Of a stretch of 64,000 bases of DNA, positions 13,921 to 25,839 are shown in pieces. Source of the DNA: Eledone cirrhosa (taxonomy: Eukaryota); contig OZ024740.1 in NCBI GenBank assembly GCA_964016885.1, forward strand, positions 410,192,001-410,256,000. The letters are read 5' to 3'. The notes beneath the pieces were generated by a model, which was given only the letters and a program-made list of their open reading frames with translations, was not told the DNA's origin and made no database searches. The position numbers and the translations under genes are program-made. Positions within the stretch are counted from its first letter, which is position 1. Each line of letters begins with the position of its first letter.

Positions 13921-15308
13921 GCAAACAGAGGGTGAGATAATAGGCATACGCATATTGGGTTATTAATAATTTTCTGTAATAGAAACTCTAGAAAGATATT
14001 AGGGAGAATGTTGGTAGATACAGTTTTATTGTAAAGAATGATATACTTATCAGATGAAGTGAATTTGTTCGAATGTCTACATGTGCGTATGTGTTCGTGC
14101 ATGTTTGTGTGTGCGTTTGTGTAGGTATTTATGTGTATGAATTTGATAATTACACTATGCCATGTGGGGGGGGGGGGGGGGCATCAGAAACAGTTCCCCA
14201 GTGAAATTATTTAATCCTTCTCTATAATACATTGACAGATTAGCGCCAACCACGACCCAAAGAATAGGATTCAACATTGATATTGTTGCATTTGTTGATA
14301 CCAGAATAGCAGAAATTGGTTTCTGTTACAAATTCTTCTGAAAATGGAAATGTCGAATGGAGAGATATTTCAATGGAGTGGAATGTTTAAGACATTCTGA
14401 GGGCGGATGGGAAAGAAATGTTTTTCATCGTCTTTAATGGAGAAATGGAGAAAAGATGGTGGTGCTGGTTTGGAAAGAGTATGTATCTTTCACGCAGATT
14501 TTAAGTGAGATACACGAGAATACGCTATTTGTGAAGTGGATGGAATAAATTTGGTCTGTGATATTTGTGGTAGCATACTAGACAAAAGTTGACTTCAGTA
14601 CGGTCACGTCTTTAGTTAACATAACAAGTAGTTGATGATGAAAGGTCTAAAAATATATTCATGGCTTTAAAAGGAACATTGCTTTACACCAGGATACACT
14701 TCTGTATACTGATTTGCACACATGTAGTTTTATTTGTAAGGTTTACCAAAAGACATGTAGGAATCTGGTGAGATCCACTATCGAAAACACGCTTCCTTTT
14801 AATAATCAGTGATGATTTCCTCGGACACAAAAAGACAGCCATCATGTCCGTATATGTGGAGGTAGGGGTGCGTGGTATTAATTTTCTTGATGAATTGTCA
14901 TTCTGTAAAAAAATAAAAAAATTGAAAAATGCTAACAACACGTCGTTTGCTACGGCAAGTTCTGAATTTGAACGAAGCACACATGTCAAAAGTTAGTTTA
15001 GTTTCAGAATTCGTCTGGTGTCTTTATTATATGCTCAACTATAATCACAGACATCATGCTTGGAGTCACATCTAAGTCATATGTTTATGTTTGGTTCCAA
15101 TAATAAAAGTTTCTTTGAAGTTCGTGATCAACAAAGAATGCGATACTTTTAATCGGATTATTTGTATAGAAAGAACAATATATATATGTAAATAAATATC
15201 CTTTGAGCATCAATGTAGCATTCCGAAAATACTTCTTTCTAAGAGATAAGAGAGTGAGGAGAGAAAAAAAGTAGTGGAAGAAAGAACATACATAATCTCT
15301 CCCACCTC

Positions 15309-15383
<75 letters not shown>

Positions 15384-15397
15384 ATATGTATATATAT

Positions 15398-15431
<34 letters not shown>

Positions 15432-15462
15432 CTATATATATATATATATATATATATGTATC

Positions 15463-15649
<187 letters not shown>

Positions 15650-15884
15650 TTATAGAGAGAGATAACGAAACTCATTCAATATGAATAACATTAGGAAGAT
15701 TATGTTATTCTGATGAAATCTAAAATAACATAATATAAAAATAAATGAATAAACATTTTAGATATGTTATTTTCAACACCCTTATATTTCAAAATATTTT
15801 CTTTTAAACTTTATATAAACGTTACTTCAATATATGATGCTGGAGTAAGTTACAGAATGTCAGTAATAATTATATTTATTAAAC

Positions 15885-16818
15885 ACTACCAGTGGTACCC
15901 GGCGTTGCACGGGATAAGGTATTTTGGAACGCGGGCCGCCAACAGACCTAATCGTGGAAAAACTGCATGCCTGGACAATATGTCAAGAAAATAAACCGAA
16001 TACTCTGATGGCTGGATAATCTTTAAGATTTTCCTCGATGAAGCAGGAAAAATGCAGGTTTTCACCTAATGTGGGCCCTAAGGGATAAAGAAAATGAATT
16101 TGTTTTATGTGCATAATATGCTTTGAAATTTCAGGAAAATCGGCTAGACGTAACGCCTCCAAAAAGCTCTAAAAAGCTGAAAGTTTTTCACCTAATGCGG
16201 GCCCTAGGCCATAAAAAAGTTGGATTTTCTTTGCTCACAGTATGAAGAAGAGACTGACTAATACATAGTTACAATTTCAAGGAAATCGGTCTGACGTAAC
16301 GCCTCAAAAAACCCCTAAAAAGCTTAAAAAACGCAGTCTTTCACCTATGCGGGCCCTAGGAGATCAAAATGTTGAATTTTTGTATGTGCATAACACTCCG
16401 TGAAACGTAAGTAATACACATGTAAAGTTTGAAAAACATCGGTTGGATACTTCTCGAGTTTTAGGGATTCAAACTCACAGACACACACACACACATACAC
16501 ACACACACAGACAGACATCCTGAGGGAAGTGACGTAATGCAGACAGTCAGAAATACAGACAGATATTATAAGGGTGCGACGTTATATGTATGTATCTATC
16601 TAAAAAGAAAAAGACTAAGAATTATAGAGAGAGATCGCTAAATCGCCCAATGCGGTCCCTAGGGCATTGCAAATTTGAATTTTATTTGCTCAGAACACTC
16701 CCTGAAACATACGTATTACATGTGTAAAGTTTGAAAACAGTCGGTTGGGTGGTTCTCGAGTTTTAGGGATTCAAACTCACACACATACAGACAAACATCC
16801 TCAGTTTTATATGTATAG
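15885..16818 (-). mobile_element. Non-autonomous Helitron-like element with internal repeats
   Basis: Subterminal hairpin CCCGGCGTTGCACGGG next to a CTAG-like end on the minus strand. The other end is an ACAGAC microsatellite plus TTTTATATGTATAG. About four internal cctaatgcgggccctagg repeats. Confidence 0.65.
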
Positions 16819-17104
16819 TTTATAAAAACAAAAATATTGTTTTTCCACTTCTTTTAAAATAACATTCTATTACACCATCATATCACGAAAATGTTTTCAA
16901 TTTTCAGAGTATGGAATATTTTCGTAATACAACACAGAGTCATCACGACTTCATGTCATATCCAAATTATATTTCCGCCATAAAAAGCAGACGTTGTTGT
17001 GAAGTTAACTGAAACTGAGTGCATAAATTCCTATTTTTACGTGAAGCAGCCAGTGACACTGAAATATTAATTTATAGCCAGTGACACTGAAATATTAATT
17101 TATA

Positions 17105-17290
17105 GTGGATTGGCAGTATCGGTAGAGGGTCGGACGCCATGCTTTCCAGCATAGTTACGTCCCTTTACGGTCTGAGTTCAAATCCCGTCGAGGTTAACTT
17201 TGCCTTTCATCCTTACGGGGTCGATAAAATGAAGTACCAGTAATGTACTGGGTATTTACTGGCCTTGTGCCAAAAGTAGAAACAATTAAT
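17105..17290 (+). mobile_element. tRNA-derived SINE with Meta-like central domain
   Basis: A/B-box-like head (TGGCAGTATCGG; GAGTTCAAATCC) followed by GCCTTTCATCCTTACGGGGTCGATAAAAT..GTACCAG. Probable TSD attaatttatag. Confidence 0.85.
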
Positions 17291-17405
17291 TTATAGACAG
17301 TAATTTTCTCTGTGGCCTAGTGGTAGGTACTAGAGACGGTGGGCATCCTGACATTGGGTTGATCCTGGTCAAGAGGTACATGTGACCTTTTTCAGTTTTT
17401 AATAC

Positions 17406-17592
17406 GGTGGATTGGCAGTATCGGCAGAGGGTCGGACGCCATGCTTTGACGCATAGAGTTACGGCCCTTGCCATTCTGAGTTCAATCCCGGCGAGGTTAA
17501 CTTTGCTTTTCATCCTACGGGGTCGATAAAATAAAGTACCAGTAATGCACTGGGTAATTGCTGGCCTTGTGTCAAAAGTAGAAACAATTAAT
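17406..17592 (+). mobile_element. Meta-like SINE copy
   Basis: Highly similar to 17105-17290. Confidence 0.85.
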
Positions 17593-18049
17593 TTATAGAC
17601 TGCATGGCATCTCATATGACAAATGATTTGGTTTTACATGTTTATACTTGGTTTTGAATCAAGGTGTTATTTAACTCCAGGTTAGCTGTGATTGAGCAGA
17701 CATATGGTCATGATGTTTCAGCCGTGACCATCCAGACTTTTCTTCAATGGTAGCATATATAAGGTCATACCTGAACAATATTTGATGTTTTCATTAAGGG
17801 CTAATTACGATCACGTAACCACGTACAAATACAATTGTAATGATAGGAATATTCTTGTAGTTAGGGAAAATTAAAATCCAATAATAGATATTCTATATTT
17901 TATTTTTATTCGGTAAAGAAATATAAAGAGGGAGAGGATACAACAGTGGACACAATAGAACTAACGGGAGGAGGAATGTAACATATGAATGAATGTCTCT
18001 GTGTTTAACGTCAACACAATCCCAACACAATCCCCAAACAATCCCAAAA

Positions 18050-18196
18050 TCAGAGGTTTCAGCCACACACAGACTAAAATCATATAAAATATAAAACGGC
18101 GAGATCGTCTACTCATGAATATAAAATATAACACAGACACCTGGTGACTTTCATAACGAGTTGTTGTTTTTGTAACACAAGAGCTTATACGACTCA
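18050..18196. repeat. Unclassified dispersed repeat, about 146 bp (copy 1)
   Basis: Closely matches 20728-20873. Confidence 0.8.
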
Positions 18197-18314
18197 ACTC
18201 AGATTCAGTTGGTTTTTATTCTGGGCAGCTACTTGAATTGATGCAATGTTGGATAAACTGTTTTGTCGACGAAACAGTAGAATTGGAGCCAGAATTGATA
18301 AGAACATATTGTAT

Positions 18315-18392
18315 TTTTGCCTTTCATCCTTACGGGGACGTACGTAATACATTGAGATAATTGCTGGCCTTGTACCAAAAGTAGAGACCATT
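18315..18392 (+). mobile_element. Meta-like SINE 3' fragment
   Basis: ttgcctttcatccttacgggg...ggccttgtaccaaaagtagag. Confidence 0.7.
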
Positions 18393-18583
18393 ATATTATC
18401 TATAGGGGCAATATCGCATCTACTTAAATACAATATTATACAGAAAGGACATCATTAATACACACACGCACAACTGAGGCCTCACATACATGTCCAATTG
18501 TCTATCGATTCGGTCAATAAATCTACTTTTTAAAGGTGACCCTTTATTCTCTGATACCTGGATAGTTTTGACGCGATTAAGTA

Positions 18584-18585
<2 letters not shown>

Positions 18586-18615
<30 letters not shown>

Positions 18616-18698
18616 CTTCTTCTTCTTCTTCTTCTTCTTCTTCTTCTTCTTCTTCTTCTTCTTCTTCTTCTTCTTCTTCTTCTTCTTCTTCTTCTTCT
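18586..18698. repeat. (CTT)n microsatellite
   Basis: Read directly. Confidence 0.95.
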
Positions 18699-19182
18699 AA
18701 CTTCCTCCTGCAGCAAGTTCATTGTGACGTTTCACATGTCCGGTTAATACGAGCCTCCTACGCCTAATGATGTCAGAAAGGCGAAAGTGTGAGCCGTAGA
18801 TCGATTTATTCGCTACGTCTCTTCACCAGGATATGTTCTGGACCGTTCTCAACATCCGTGTAAATGTGCCATTAATCCACTTTGTGAGTGTTTTTATTCT
18901 CAAAGAAGAAATAGGTAGCGTAATTCCCCATAGTTTCCCCTCGATATTGATATTTACTGAGGCAGAAAACACCAGATTCATAAAAAGAGATGGAGAAAGG
19001 CAGTTTAAGATGTTATTGTCTTTTTAGAGAGTAACAGCTGAGGTAATGAGAATTTAACTCAACTGAGAGTTGAAACTTGTCCCTGGAATCATCTCTGCGG
19101 TGACGCATTTCTTGCCTCATCAGATACTCAATTCATTAATCTATTTTGATATCATACTTTGGCAGGAGCTCGTATGAGTGAA

Positions 19183-19430
19183 GGCGCATGGCTTAGTGGT
19201 TAGATCATTGGGCTTGCAATCGAAAAGTTGTGAGTTCAATTCTCAGACCGAGTGATGTGTTGTTTCCTTGAGCAAGACACTTTATTTTACGTTGCTCCAG
19301 TTTACTCAGCTGTACAAATGAGATGACAGGACTGGGGTCCCTATCATTAAATCACTCAAGACACCTCCAATGAGATATACCTTGGAGGAGGCCAGCTAAA
19401 CCTGCATAGGTGTGAGCTGTAACAACAACA
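19183..19430 (+). mobile_element. tRNA-derived CORE-type SINE
   Basis: TGGCTTAGTGGTTAG / GAGTTCAATTC head and CORE-like TCCTTGAGCAAGACACTT; homologous to 44496-44640. Confidence 0.8.
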
Positions 19431-20727
19431 GGAGCTCGTATATTTATATAAAGGACAGTATATATATATTATCAATATATGTAAAGTGTAAATCATTCCT
19501 TATTATCTCAGTTATGTGTCCAGTCTTTTGATTCGCGTCCGGAATATTTGCAGCAAATGTAGTCTGTTTATTCTTGTTAATGGTCTTCAGTTAACTGCAG
19601 TTAGATCTAAGTGGATAATTTTAATGTGGAGTACGAAGACGTTGTATGATGTCAACTGTCTCAAACTAGTAAAGTGAAAGGAATTGGCTTCAAATCTGCT
19701 CGTGCATTGTACCATGTAAGAAATCAATAAAGTTTTGGGGACAGCTAGAGTTGATTTAATCTACCAAATAGTTAATACGTAATTATATTTCGACACCAGA
19801 AGGATGTTAGTCTCAGTAAATGTCAACGTGATTTGAATTTAGAGCAACATCATAGCAACGTAAATAGTTCCCGAGAGACATTTAGTGTAGCAGTTTCTGT
19901 CATTCCACACCTGCATAAGTAATAAATCAACACCACCGGAAGACAAATGTCGGTAGGAGATGTGACAAAAATCAACAAAAAACCCAAAACAAAAAAAAAT
20001 ACATAACTGGCCTAAATTCCTGTACACAATTACCTTTTGTTCTTCCAAGTTATTATTTCAAATCGCAAAGAAGGCGACTATGTTTCTGCCTTCGAAAAAC
20101 TAACTATCAGTAATATACTATAGTTATTTAATAAACTGTATATTCCTACTTCTAATATTATTTCTTTTTGTCTTGTGGAAATGAAGCCCTATTTACTGGA
20201 AACAGTGTTTAAATTACCGGAAACGTTATGTGGATAATAAAGAATAAATGCATGAAGTATTTTTATTGTAAAATACATCACGAAAGAATACTGTAATAAA
20301 AAGATGAATGAAAATCTTTGTTGCAGTGTGAATTGGTTTCATTCAAAGCTGTTCATAGAAGAACTAAAGAAAAATATTTGCTCTTGTCAAACATCATAAA
20401 ATGATTTGAACAAAATCGTAATTTGTGATATTATAAATGACATGTTTATATTTGAATGTCTAACACCTGTCAATTTTCTTTCCTTTCGAGATATTGTATT
20501 AACTTTTGAATAACTCATATCATTTAATGTTTTTAAATTTATAATTGCACGTCTTAATCAATATCATCCAGAGTGTGCAAAAGTAAAGTTTATTGATTTC
20601 GTTTACTAAAACAAAATAAAATGAAATAAAGCTATATTCTTACACCGTTACTATAATATAGTTATTACTACTGTGAATGTTGTCTCTGTCTGACTCTCAA
20701 CACTTTAATGGCTATCGTGATTATTGG

Positions 20728-20873
20728 CAGAGGTTTCAGCCACACAGAAACTAAAATCATATAAAATATAAAACGGCGAGACCGTCTGCTCATAAATATA
20801 AAATAATACACAGACACCTGGTGACTTTCATAACGAGTTATTGCTTTTGTAACACAAGAGCTTAAACGACTCA
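20728..20873. repeat. Unclassified dispersed repeat, about 146 bp (copy 2)
   Basis: Matches 18050-18196. Confidence 0.8.
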
Positions 20874-21447
20874 TATTGGATTTTATGGGTTCGTGGGTAG
20901 CTTAAGTTTCATGGCCTGAAACAAATGAGAAATGGATCTGTCACGAGATAAGCCACTGATTTATATCAAGTTACATTCTCAGTGTTTGTGGGGCCTTAAT
21001 CCCGAGAGCTATAAAGTGAAATAAAGTAGTATAGTAGTATAAAACAAATTGGTTTGACTCTCCGATCCCAATAAATCGTGTATTACGACTTTGAAGTTAG
21101 AACATATTAAGAGTCGTTCAATGATTTATCTATTCGAGCGTCTCACTCCTATTTCATTTGATGAAATGCTGCTAAATCTGAGTAATGGCTGTGGTTTCAA
21201 CGTTTACATCATGATTTGTAACTAAAACTGAGCTTATACACAACACAATTGCGCAGATATATCTATTTATAACTTGATGGACTGAGTCAGTACATGCTAA
21301 ATCTACTGGCCATGAAAATATACATAGATTCATATTGATCTCTTGCAACAGCCCAGTATTATTTCAATAGTTTGGAATAATTTCGAATGAGATGAGAAAC
21401 AATTATGATTTTAGTTCGATTTCATTTTCATATAGTGATCTTGTGAA

Positions 21448-21620
21448 GGCTGAGTGGTTAGAGAATTGAATTCACAATCTTGAGGTTGTGAGTTCGATTC
21501 CAGGACCGGGCGATGCGTTATGCCCTTGAGCAAGACACTTTATTCCACATTGCTCCTTCTACCTGGAGTTGCAACCGATATTGTTTCCTCGGTCCGATTT
21601 GACGAAAGTCGATCGATCCT
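21448..21620 (+). mobile_element. CORE-type SINE
   Basis: tRNA-like head and CCCTTGAGCAAGACACTT. Its tail 21581-21617 matches 13493-13528 in reverse orientation. Confidence 0.75.
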
Positions 21621-22036
21621 TTATAGTAATCTTATAATCTTATATAAACAAATGTCTTAGACCAATGGTTCCAAAACGTTTCTTTGGCTTATTTTGTAAT
21701 TAAATTCGTAAATTTATTCAAACGACATATAAGCATACCATAAAATAGAAATATAGATAATTAAAAATACAGAAAAAAATATTTGTACTTCCTTCACAAG
21801 TCTACATTTGGAGAAAAGTTATCAATGAGAAACAAGTGCCTTTTTTGGGCAACGTTTAATTTTTAGTGTAGTTGTTTCCAATTTAATTAGTTATGTACGA
21901 TTTATAACGAAATTCAATTTGCATTTTTCACAGTTTCTGAAATAGAATCTTTCTGCTATGAACCGGTGCACCGTATGGGAACCAATGCCTAAGGCAATCC
22001 GTTGAAAATGATTTTATAATGCATATAGCTGTTCCT

Positions 22037-22100
22037 CCCCAGGTCAGCTTTGATCAAGGAGACCTTTGATCAAATGATCTCCAGCTATGACCATCACATA
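22037..22100 (+). repeat. Degenerate dispersed repeat family (related copies at about 17675, 22815, 47060 and, reversed, 36620 and 47400)
   Basis: Shared motif ccaggtcagc..tgatc.agcagacc.atgatc....ttccagc..tgaccatc. Confidence 0.55.
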
Positions 22101-22159
22101 ATTTTCTTTTCTTTTTTTCTGGCATTATATATCTAATACATAATATATCTAATATCAGA

Positions 22160-22350
22160 GGGCGGCGGATTAGCAGTATCGGTAGAGGTTGGACGCCATG
22201 CTTTGCAGCATAGAGTTATGCCCCTTTATGATCTGAGTTCAAATCCCGCCGAGGTTAACTTTGCCTTTTATCCTTACAGGGTCGATAAAATAAAGTACCA
22301 GTAATACACTGGGATAATTGATGGCCTTGTGGCAAAAATAGAAACAATTA
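22160..22350 (+). mobile_element. Meta-like SINE copy
   Basis: Same family; flanked by duplicated attatatatctaataca. Confidence 0.85.
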
Positions 22351-25021
22351 TATATCTAATACAATATTATCAAATGTAGTCTTTAAATACTCTTTAAAAG
22401 ACAAGATAATTTGATGAAAGGGAAATTTGACTTCTGTTTACTGAGCGACCTCACACATTCACTTGTTGACTTTGTAGTGCATCGTTGTATCATTTGTATG
22501 CTTGTCACTTATTTCGTACCATTGGCTATTGATGTTGGACAGATTCCTCAGCATAGAGAAGCAAATACCCAAGAGTTTCCAACCAGACCAGCATATAACC
22601 TCAAAAATATGTCTCCTGTAGTGTCTTCTCGTAACGAGATATTGATATCTTATGTAAGGTCTCAGACTAGGCTGCACGAATTCACTCAAGGTTTGACACC
22701 CAGATGTGTAGTAAACTAGACAAAATGTCTGACTGTCTTGAGAATGCTGTCAGATGAATAAAGACTGAGGAAGTAAAGAGAATAGGATTATGTTTTTGCT
22801 GCAACTATTGTAGTTGTTTAGTACTAGGTTAGCCCTGATCGATCGAACCTATGTCGAAGCTGTTTCAGCCATGGCATGTCCATCCCAACAAGGACTACAT
22901 TATCCAGTGTCATTCTTTTTAGGACGGAGATTTTGTTGCTATTTTTAACATGTCGGGTGATAACGTACAGGTTCTGTCGTTGTCAGATATGCCCGTTGTA
23001 AAAGATACAGCTCTGAAAAGTGCATGTATTTTCACATTTTAGATTGAATAGAAGCCAAACTGGTTATATTTAGCCATGAACTACGCTTCTATGATTTCTG
23101 TTCGAAACCGAGCTGCTTTTCAATTACAACAATGCACAACAAACCGTCATACAGATAAATAAAAATAATACATTAATATTTTACAGATACTGACACTATG
23201 ACACATACATACAAATTCAAGACACAACATACATACATGACAATAACTGTAATACCAATAGACAATATCACGGTTTACTTTATTCTTCTATGATGTGGGC
23301 ACCAGCAGAATTCTCAAAATATAGAAACAGATTGGATGTAATGACACTTGTAACCGACTGAGTGGCTGGCATGGCAAACCCCTAAAGTTTGAAGTGTATA
23401 TCAGATAGACAAACTACTTCACGTATATGGGACTAACGATGCAGATATAATCCAGCTACTTGACGATATATGTAGCTTGAAAAGAAACCTTTTATTGATC
23501 AGCAAGGTTGCTGAATATCATTCTCTTGATTAGCATTGATTAATTTAATTTATAAATCTATAATTTAGAGTATCTTAATTCAATGATTTGCAACAATTTT
23601 ATTCTCCTAGGAATAATATAATATCAGGAGAGCACACAAAGCATAGAAAGTATAATCTAAATTGTATGTTGAAAATCTCACAGGAATTTCACATAATCGT
23701 TTTGGTTTTATGTAGCACTTACAGCATTTTCTGAGACTCTTTATCATTGATAAATATAGTCTCACAAAGTCTCCAGGCAAGACATTTTAAGTAAGTTAAT
23801 GACGTGTAAAAGTTGCCGAAAGATTTTGACACCGAGTTAAATATTGTAAATTAGATAGCTAACTGTGTATAATTCAGTTAGTAATTTTGTGAATCATTTG
23901 AAGGCAACACACTGATATAAATAATGAAATAGTAGCTTTTATATACCAAGAGAAACTTATATATCATCAGCTGAGTATACAGATACGTAGGTTAAAATAA
24001 AAGAATAGAAAAATCAGATTCTGATAGTAACAGATAGTGGGGATTATTAGATTGTATCATTTGTGTATAAATAAGCTTCTTTTACTTATAACCATACCCA
24101 CCTCTACGCAAATACTACCAGCATTTACTATCACCTTCTGCATAGGGACGTCCGCTGTACGCAACACGTCCGCCCTATACCATATATGCATTGCTTTTAT
24201 GAGAAGAGACTTTGAAAACATACTTTAATGAAAATATAACAACTAAGATTCCTTCAGTAGCATTGAGTCCAATTACTACATACACCAATCTTGCAACAAA
24301 ATAGGCAAACACAGCACATAGCTAACCCACTTCCTCCAAAGTCTATCTGAATAAGAAAGCAAAGATTTCAATACGTGTCTGCCCGCCTTGCCGTAAGTGT
24401 AGCGCTATGCGTTGGTTGAGCTTCTGTTACTAAGCATCAGACCACTGTAATATAGATGGATATTTTTTTACTTAGAATTCCCTAATAATACAAGTTTGCG
24501 AACTTCAGCAACTGATTTCTGCCAATGTAGACCACCTCTACTGTCATGGCTTCTTGTATTATTCGTTGTAGAGGGACCGGTTTTATTGGATTGATTTGCC
24601 CAAAATTCAATATCCGATAACAATATTTTTAATGGTGAACCAACCACTGAACGGTTGACATACTCAATACTTCAGAGACGCCATCTTGTTTCATATTAGA
24701 GACATTGCTCTTGTACATCGGTATAATACATTCACAGTGTACACCGAAAGACAGGTATGAAACTAAAAGAAAAATAGCAAAGCACATTACAATTCTAAGA
24801 TATCAATCATCTGTCAAAATTAATCTGCATCGCTGCATTAATTATCGATATATCTATCTATCTATCTACCCCAACGTGTGCCTCTGGATGGAATTTCACA
24901 CATAAACATTTCTGTTGAGGGTAGGCGGCCTTAATGTTACCACTGTTTAAGCAGCGGTCACCTGAAGGCTTACTGTCCTCAGTTAACTACAAAAAAAAGA
25001 GGCACTACTGCCAACACCCAA

Positions 25022-25150
25022 AACAACAACACCACCACCACCACCACCACCACCACCACCACCACCACCACCACCACCACCACCACCACCACCACCACCA
25101 ACACCAACACCACCACCACCACAACAACAACAACAACAACAACATCAACA
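25022..25150. repeat. (CAC)n/(AAC)n triplet repeat
   Basis: Read directly. Confidence 0.9.
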
Positions 25151-25839
25151 ACACTCAAACACAACCAAAACAAGAACAACAAACCAGCCTGCAAGCACAG
25201 TCCCACCCAGCCCCACTCCACCTAAAACCACTGCAAAAACACCCACAAACACAACAGCTCCCCAAAACATACCGCTTCCAAATAACACAGACACCACAAC
25301 AGATGAGGCCCCCACATCATCACCAAGTGACGATGAGGGAGAGCCTCTCTGTTCGAAAAGAAAGAAGAAAAGACACCACAAGAACAAAAAAAAAAACAAC
25401 AAACATCACTACAGACAAAAACCACCGCAACACAACAAGAACATTACACATTCATAAACAGTAAAAACAAAACTTTAATGGAGGTCATCTCCAACGACCC
25501 TTCGGTGAAAACCGAAGGGAAAACTTTTTCGAACTGTGTAGATAAACCTAATTTAAAGATGATTAGGACACCTATAAGTCTTTATAGGAAAACTTTCCTA
25601 AGGATGTGGGTAATCCTTGTGTTAAACCCATTAACCGCATCTTTTTAAAAAGTTTCCCACCCTCACCTCAGACACCCCCACCCAGACACCCCCACCCCAC
25701 CAAACATCTCCGTCACACCCCGCCGGAAACCACCACCCACCCAGACAACCCCTCTAACACCCCATGGAAACCGTGCGGCCTGATCCCCAGGAGACGAAGT
25801 GGTGAGTGTTTTCTTCTCTTTTAACTTTTCAGAACCAAC

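Noticed and set aside
15700-15733. CTGATGAAA inside a 10-bp hairpin
   Set aside because: No stem II or stem III; likely an AT-rich chance match.
19102-19123. Minus-strand CTGATGA-ggcaa-GAAATGCGTC hammerhead-like string
   Set aside because: No stem II or stem I pairing; at most a remnant.
24934-25464. 176-aa His/Gln/Thr-rich ORF as a host gene or intact ORF1
   Set aside because: Driven by CAC/AAC repeats and strand bias; no domain motifs.
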